Shown here one piece after another: positions 61,452 to 64,000 of a stretch of DNA of 64,000 nucleotides (positions within the stretch are counted from its first letter, which is position 1; the number at the start of each line of letters is the position of its first letter). Where the stretch lies: assembly GCA_050575255.1 (NCBI GenBank), contig JBNZDD010013730.1, forward strand, positions 5,578,608 to 5,642,607, in the 5' to 3' direction. Origin of the DNA: Harriotta raleighana. Its lineage: Eukaryota. The translations under genes and the position numbers were made by a program. A model generated the notes under the pieces. The model searched no databases. It had not been told where the DNA came from and saw only the letters and a program-made list of their open reading frames with translations.

Positions 61452-63124
61452 CGATCCACGGCTTCTCTCGGATGTATTAAGTCATTGAAGAATCGGGTCA
61501 ACTTCCTCCTCACTCATTTCAAACTCAGCCATTTCACTGGTGACCGACTCCCTGTAAGTTAACGCTGCAATCAGCCTGCTGTCACTGTGGCTCGTCGAGC
61601 TGTTTCACATTTCATGACCTAAGCTCGCCAGCTGCGGAACACATGGAGCAACGCAAAACTTTTCAATGAATCTGGTTTCCATTTTCTTCACTGACTGAAC
61701 ATTCCCCGTCCCCTGCTTCGTTCCGCAAACGCACGTACCCACATGAAGCGAGAATCTTAAATAAGAGCTTTAATAATTGTTCAGGAAGAGCTCAATCTTC
61801 CTTTTGGAGAGAAAAAAAAAAAGACTAATTTAAATAGTAACGTGCCTCTTCCATTCCCGCAACACAAAGACAGCAATTGTTACAGATCTCAGCATGCCCT
61901 TACCGAAAACAACACAGGTCTTAAATCCAATGTCACTGCAGTCTTGTAGCTGAAGCGAACTGCATGATGACAGTCTTGACAGGCTTTAGAAGCCCCATTT
62001 TCCTTTAGGATGTTATGTCATTTCTTTTTCTTTTTAGCTATTGTGAGCAGTAGAGAGTTCCTTTAAGTTACCACGGAGAAATGGCAGTCACTGTGATCAG
62101 TTGTGCTTCTTCCATGGGGATAGATATGGCACTGAAATGCCTGCAGCTGACTTGATGCATTCTTGCTGCTGACATGTTGTATGACCTCTCTTTGCTTGAC
62201 ACATGAGAGGGAGAGAGAAGGGAATGGAAGGGGGAGAGAGGCTAAAAACTGACATCTGCAGCTGACAAGCTAATATAACTCCAGTTTTCAACACGGCAGA
62301 GGAGATAGTTCAGTAAACACTAGTAATCCAGGGTCTTAGAGTTGGCACACAATGCCAACTTCTACTTCCTTTTCGTAACCCTTAGAATAAGTACAATTTG
62401 ATAAACACATCAGATCGCAGATCCAACCCCAGCAATGCTTTCTGCCAGCAGTCTCTAGGTGTAATTGGAATTCATTTTCTCCATGAATAAACAGACAAGC
62501 TCGCAACATCACATCTTAATGTTTAGTTACTCTTCTAACATTGTATGTTCAAAGTTTTGTGTTAATGATAAAAACTGTGATTACAGTATAATCCCTGTGC
62601 AGTGAAATATGACATGAAATCAATAGCAGCTGAAATTGTAATCTCTGCAGCATTCGCCTGGCTGCTCCGAATCTTTGGCTCATAAATCACTCTTACCAGC
62701 GATTCAACAAATCAATATTCAGATTGCCTCATAGTGTACACATATGGCTTCCAAATGAACTAATAATGATCCAGGATCTGTCCCATAATAGGGTTGTGGG
62801 AGGTTAAAAGGGAAATCTTGGCCAAGGCTTGCCAAGATACTAAGTGAAAAAAGGTGGGATTCCTAAGGGCTATTTTTAGTCAGGAATTGAAGGAACAGAA
62901 CTGAGATCTGTTGGGGCCCCACATTTAGAGACAAAAAGTAGGCATAAGAAAAAGGGGCTGGTCCTTGAGCCCGTCGAGCTTTTTAAAAAACTATTGGATT
63001 CTAGTGACTCTTTATATTTTTAATCCCATTTCTCCGTTCTTTCTCCAGATCCCTTAATACCAGTTCCTGATTCTTCACCATCTCAAATCGATTCGGCACA
63101 ATGCGTTCAGTGACTAAAATGCAA

Positions 63125-63560
63125 TCTGGTTTCCCTCAATGGCTCGGAGAATTTATTCAGTAACTGACTGAGCTCTACACATCCAGAAGGTCCCAAGTTC
63201 AAAATCTGATCTGTGTTGAGTTAGTGGATCTCAGCTGGGGCGATGCTAGATGCTTCCGCTAGGTCTCAGGGCTCGGGGTTAGGGATGGAAATAATCAGGA
63301 ACGTTCTCATTCCTGGGCGTTACTCGGTGTCTGGAGCTGCCGGTGTGCAGACTTTGTGAAAGGGCAAGATTGGATTTTGCTGGGATCATCCCCACAGACA
63401 AATATCAGCCAGCACTCGCCACGAACTCTCAGATATCAAGAATTACCAACAGGGCGTGTTAGTGGAGCTCGCCTGATGCCTGGGGAAACAGTACCGAGCA
63501 AAGGATGTCAAAACGCCTTCAGGACAGGAGTGGACGGTAGAGATTTGGTGACAAAACAAA
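63125..63560 (+). mobile_element. Most complete copy of an ancient non-Deu tRNA-SINE-like family (unassigned)
   Basis: B-box-like gaaggtcccaagttcaaaatc, then tgtgttgagttagtggatctcagctgggg, agggcaagattggattttgctg and acagtaccgagcaa...gccttcagga. Segments are shared with 39515 and 50690. Confidence 0.55.
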
Positions 63561-64000
63561 GCAAAAGGAAACTTTATGCCAGATTAAGTCTGTTGGGCTG
63601 GAAAGGAAAACCCCTCGAGGCACTTTTACATGAAATCAATGATGACTCATTTGCACGCCTGCCTCATTTATTCCAGCTCCTACAACATCATGTGATGTCT
63701 TTCCGCTCGCCAAACAAACCGCAGCCAGTAAAAGATCATTTCATAAAAGAAATACACTGGAACACTGAAACTGTTACCGCTATTTCTAAGCATTTTGGGT
63801 GGTCTCAGCTAAAACAATTAAAAGCTTCAAACTCTCTCAAAAATGTTAAGTGGAACTATTTACAAACATTTTATCCCACTCGCATAACACTCAGGACTAA
63901 AGAAATGGATTCAATCTTTTGTGTTGCTCAAATGATGCACTTGCGTGCTGAAACAAATGCAACTAGTTTTCAGCATTGCACATCATAAGTAATAGCACTG

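Noticed and set aside
63356-63988. Longest ORF (210 aa)
   Set aside because: GTG start, overlaps a decayed SINE-like repeat, has no recognisable domain, and is antisense within an intron; likely chance.
1-64000. CRISPR arrays, operons or other prokaryotic or viral systems
   Set aside because: Spliceosomal exon-intron structure and vertebrate retroelements throughout; no regularly spaced repeat-spacer array and no dense coding.

Overview
This is vertebrate, AT-rich, mostly intronic DNA. The repeat content (Deu-domain tRNA SINEs, CR1 and L2 LINE fragments, a Penelope-like remnant) looks cartilaginous-fish-like, plausibly elephant shark; the species is an inference. The whole window lies inside one minus-strand latrophilin (adhesion GPCR L) gene, most likely ADGRL2/LPHN2. 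I find two exons. The start-codon/signal-peptide exon is at 55400-55224 (CDS 55299-55224). The 214-bp exon that begins the SUEL/rhamnose-binding lectin domain is at 3135-2922. They join in phase 1 across an intron of about 52 kb. The rest is retroelement debris, several small inverted repeats, probable conserved non-coding stretches, and many duplications flanking N characters that are most likely assembly artefacts. Nearly all listed ORFs are spurious. I see no convincing new multi-gene system. The best leads are regulatory: a uORF cluster and a competing donor with a stop/start overlap at the first coding exon, inverted SINEs flanking exons, a hammerhead-like remnant, and an unassigned ancient SINE family. 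Repeat boundaries were read by eye and are approximate. Family and paralog comparisons are from memory, not database searches.
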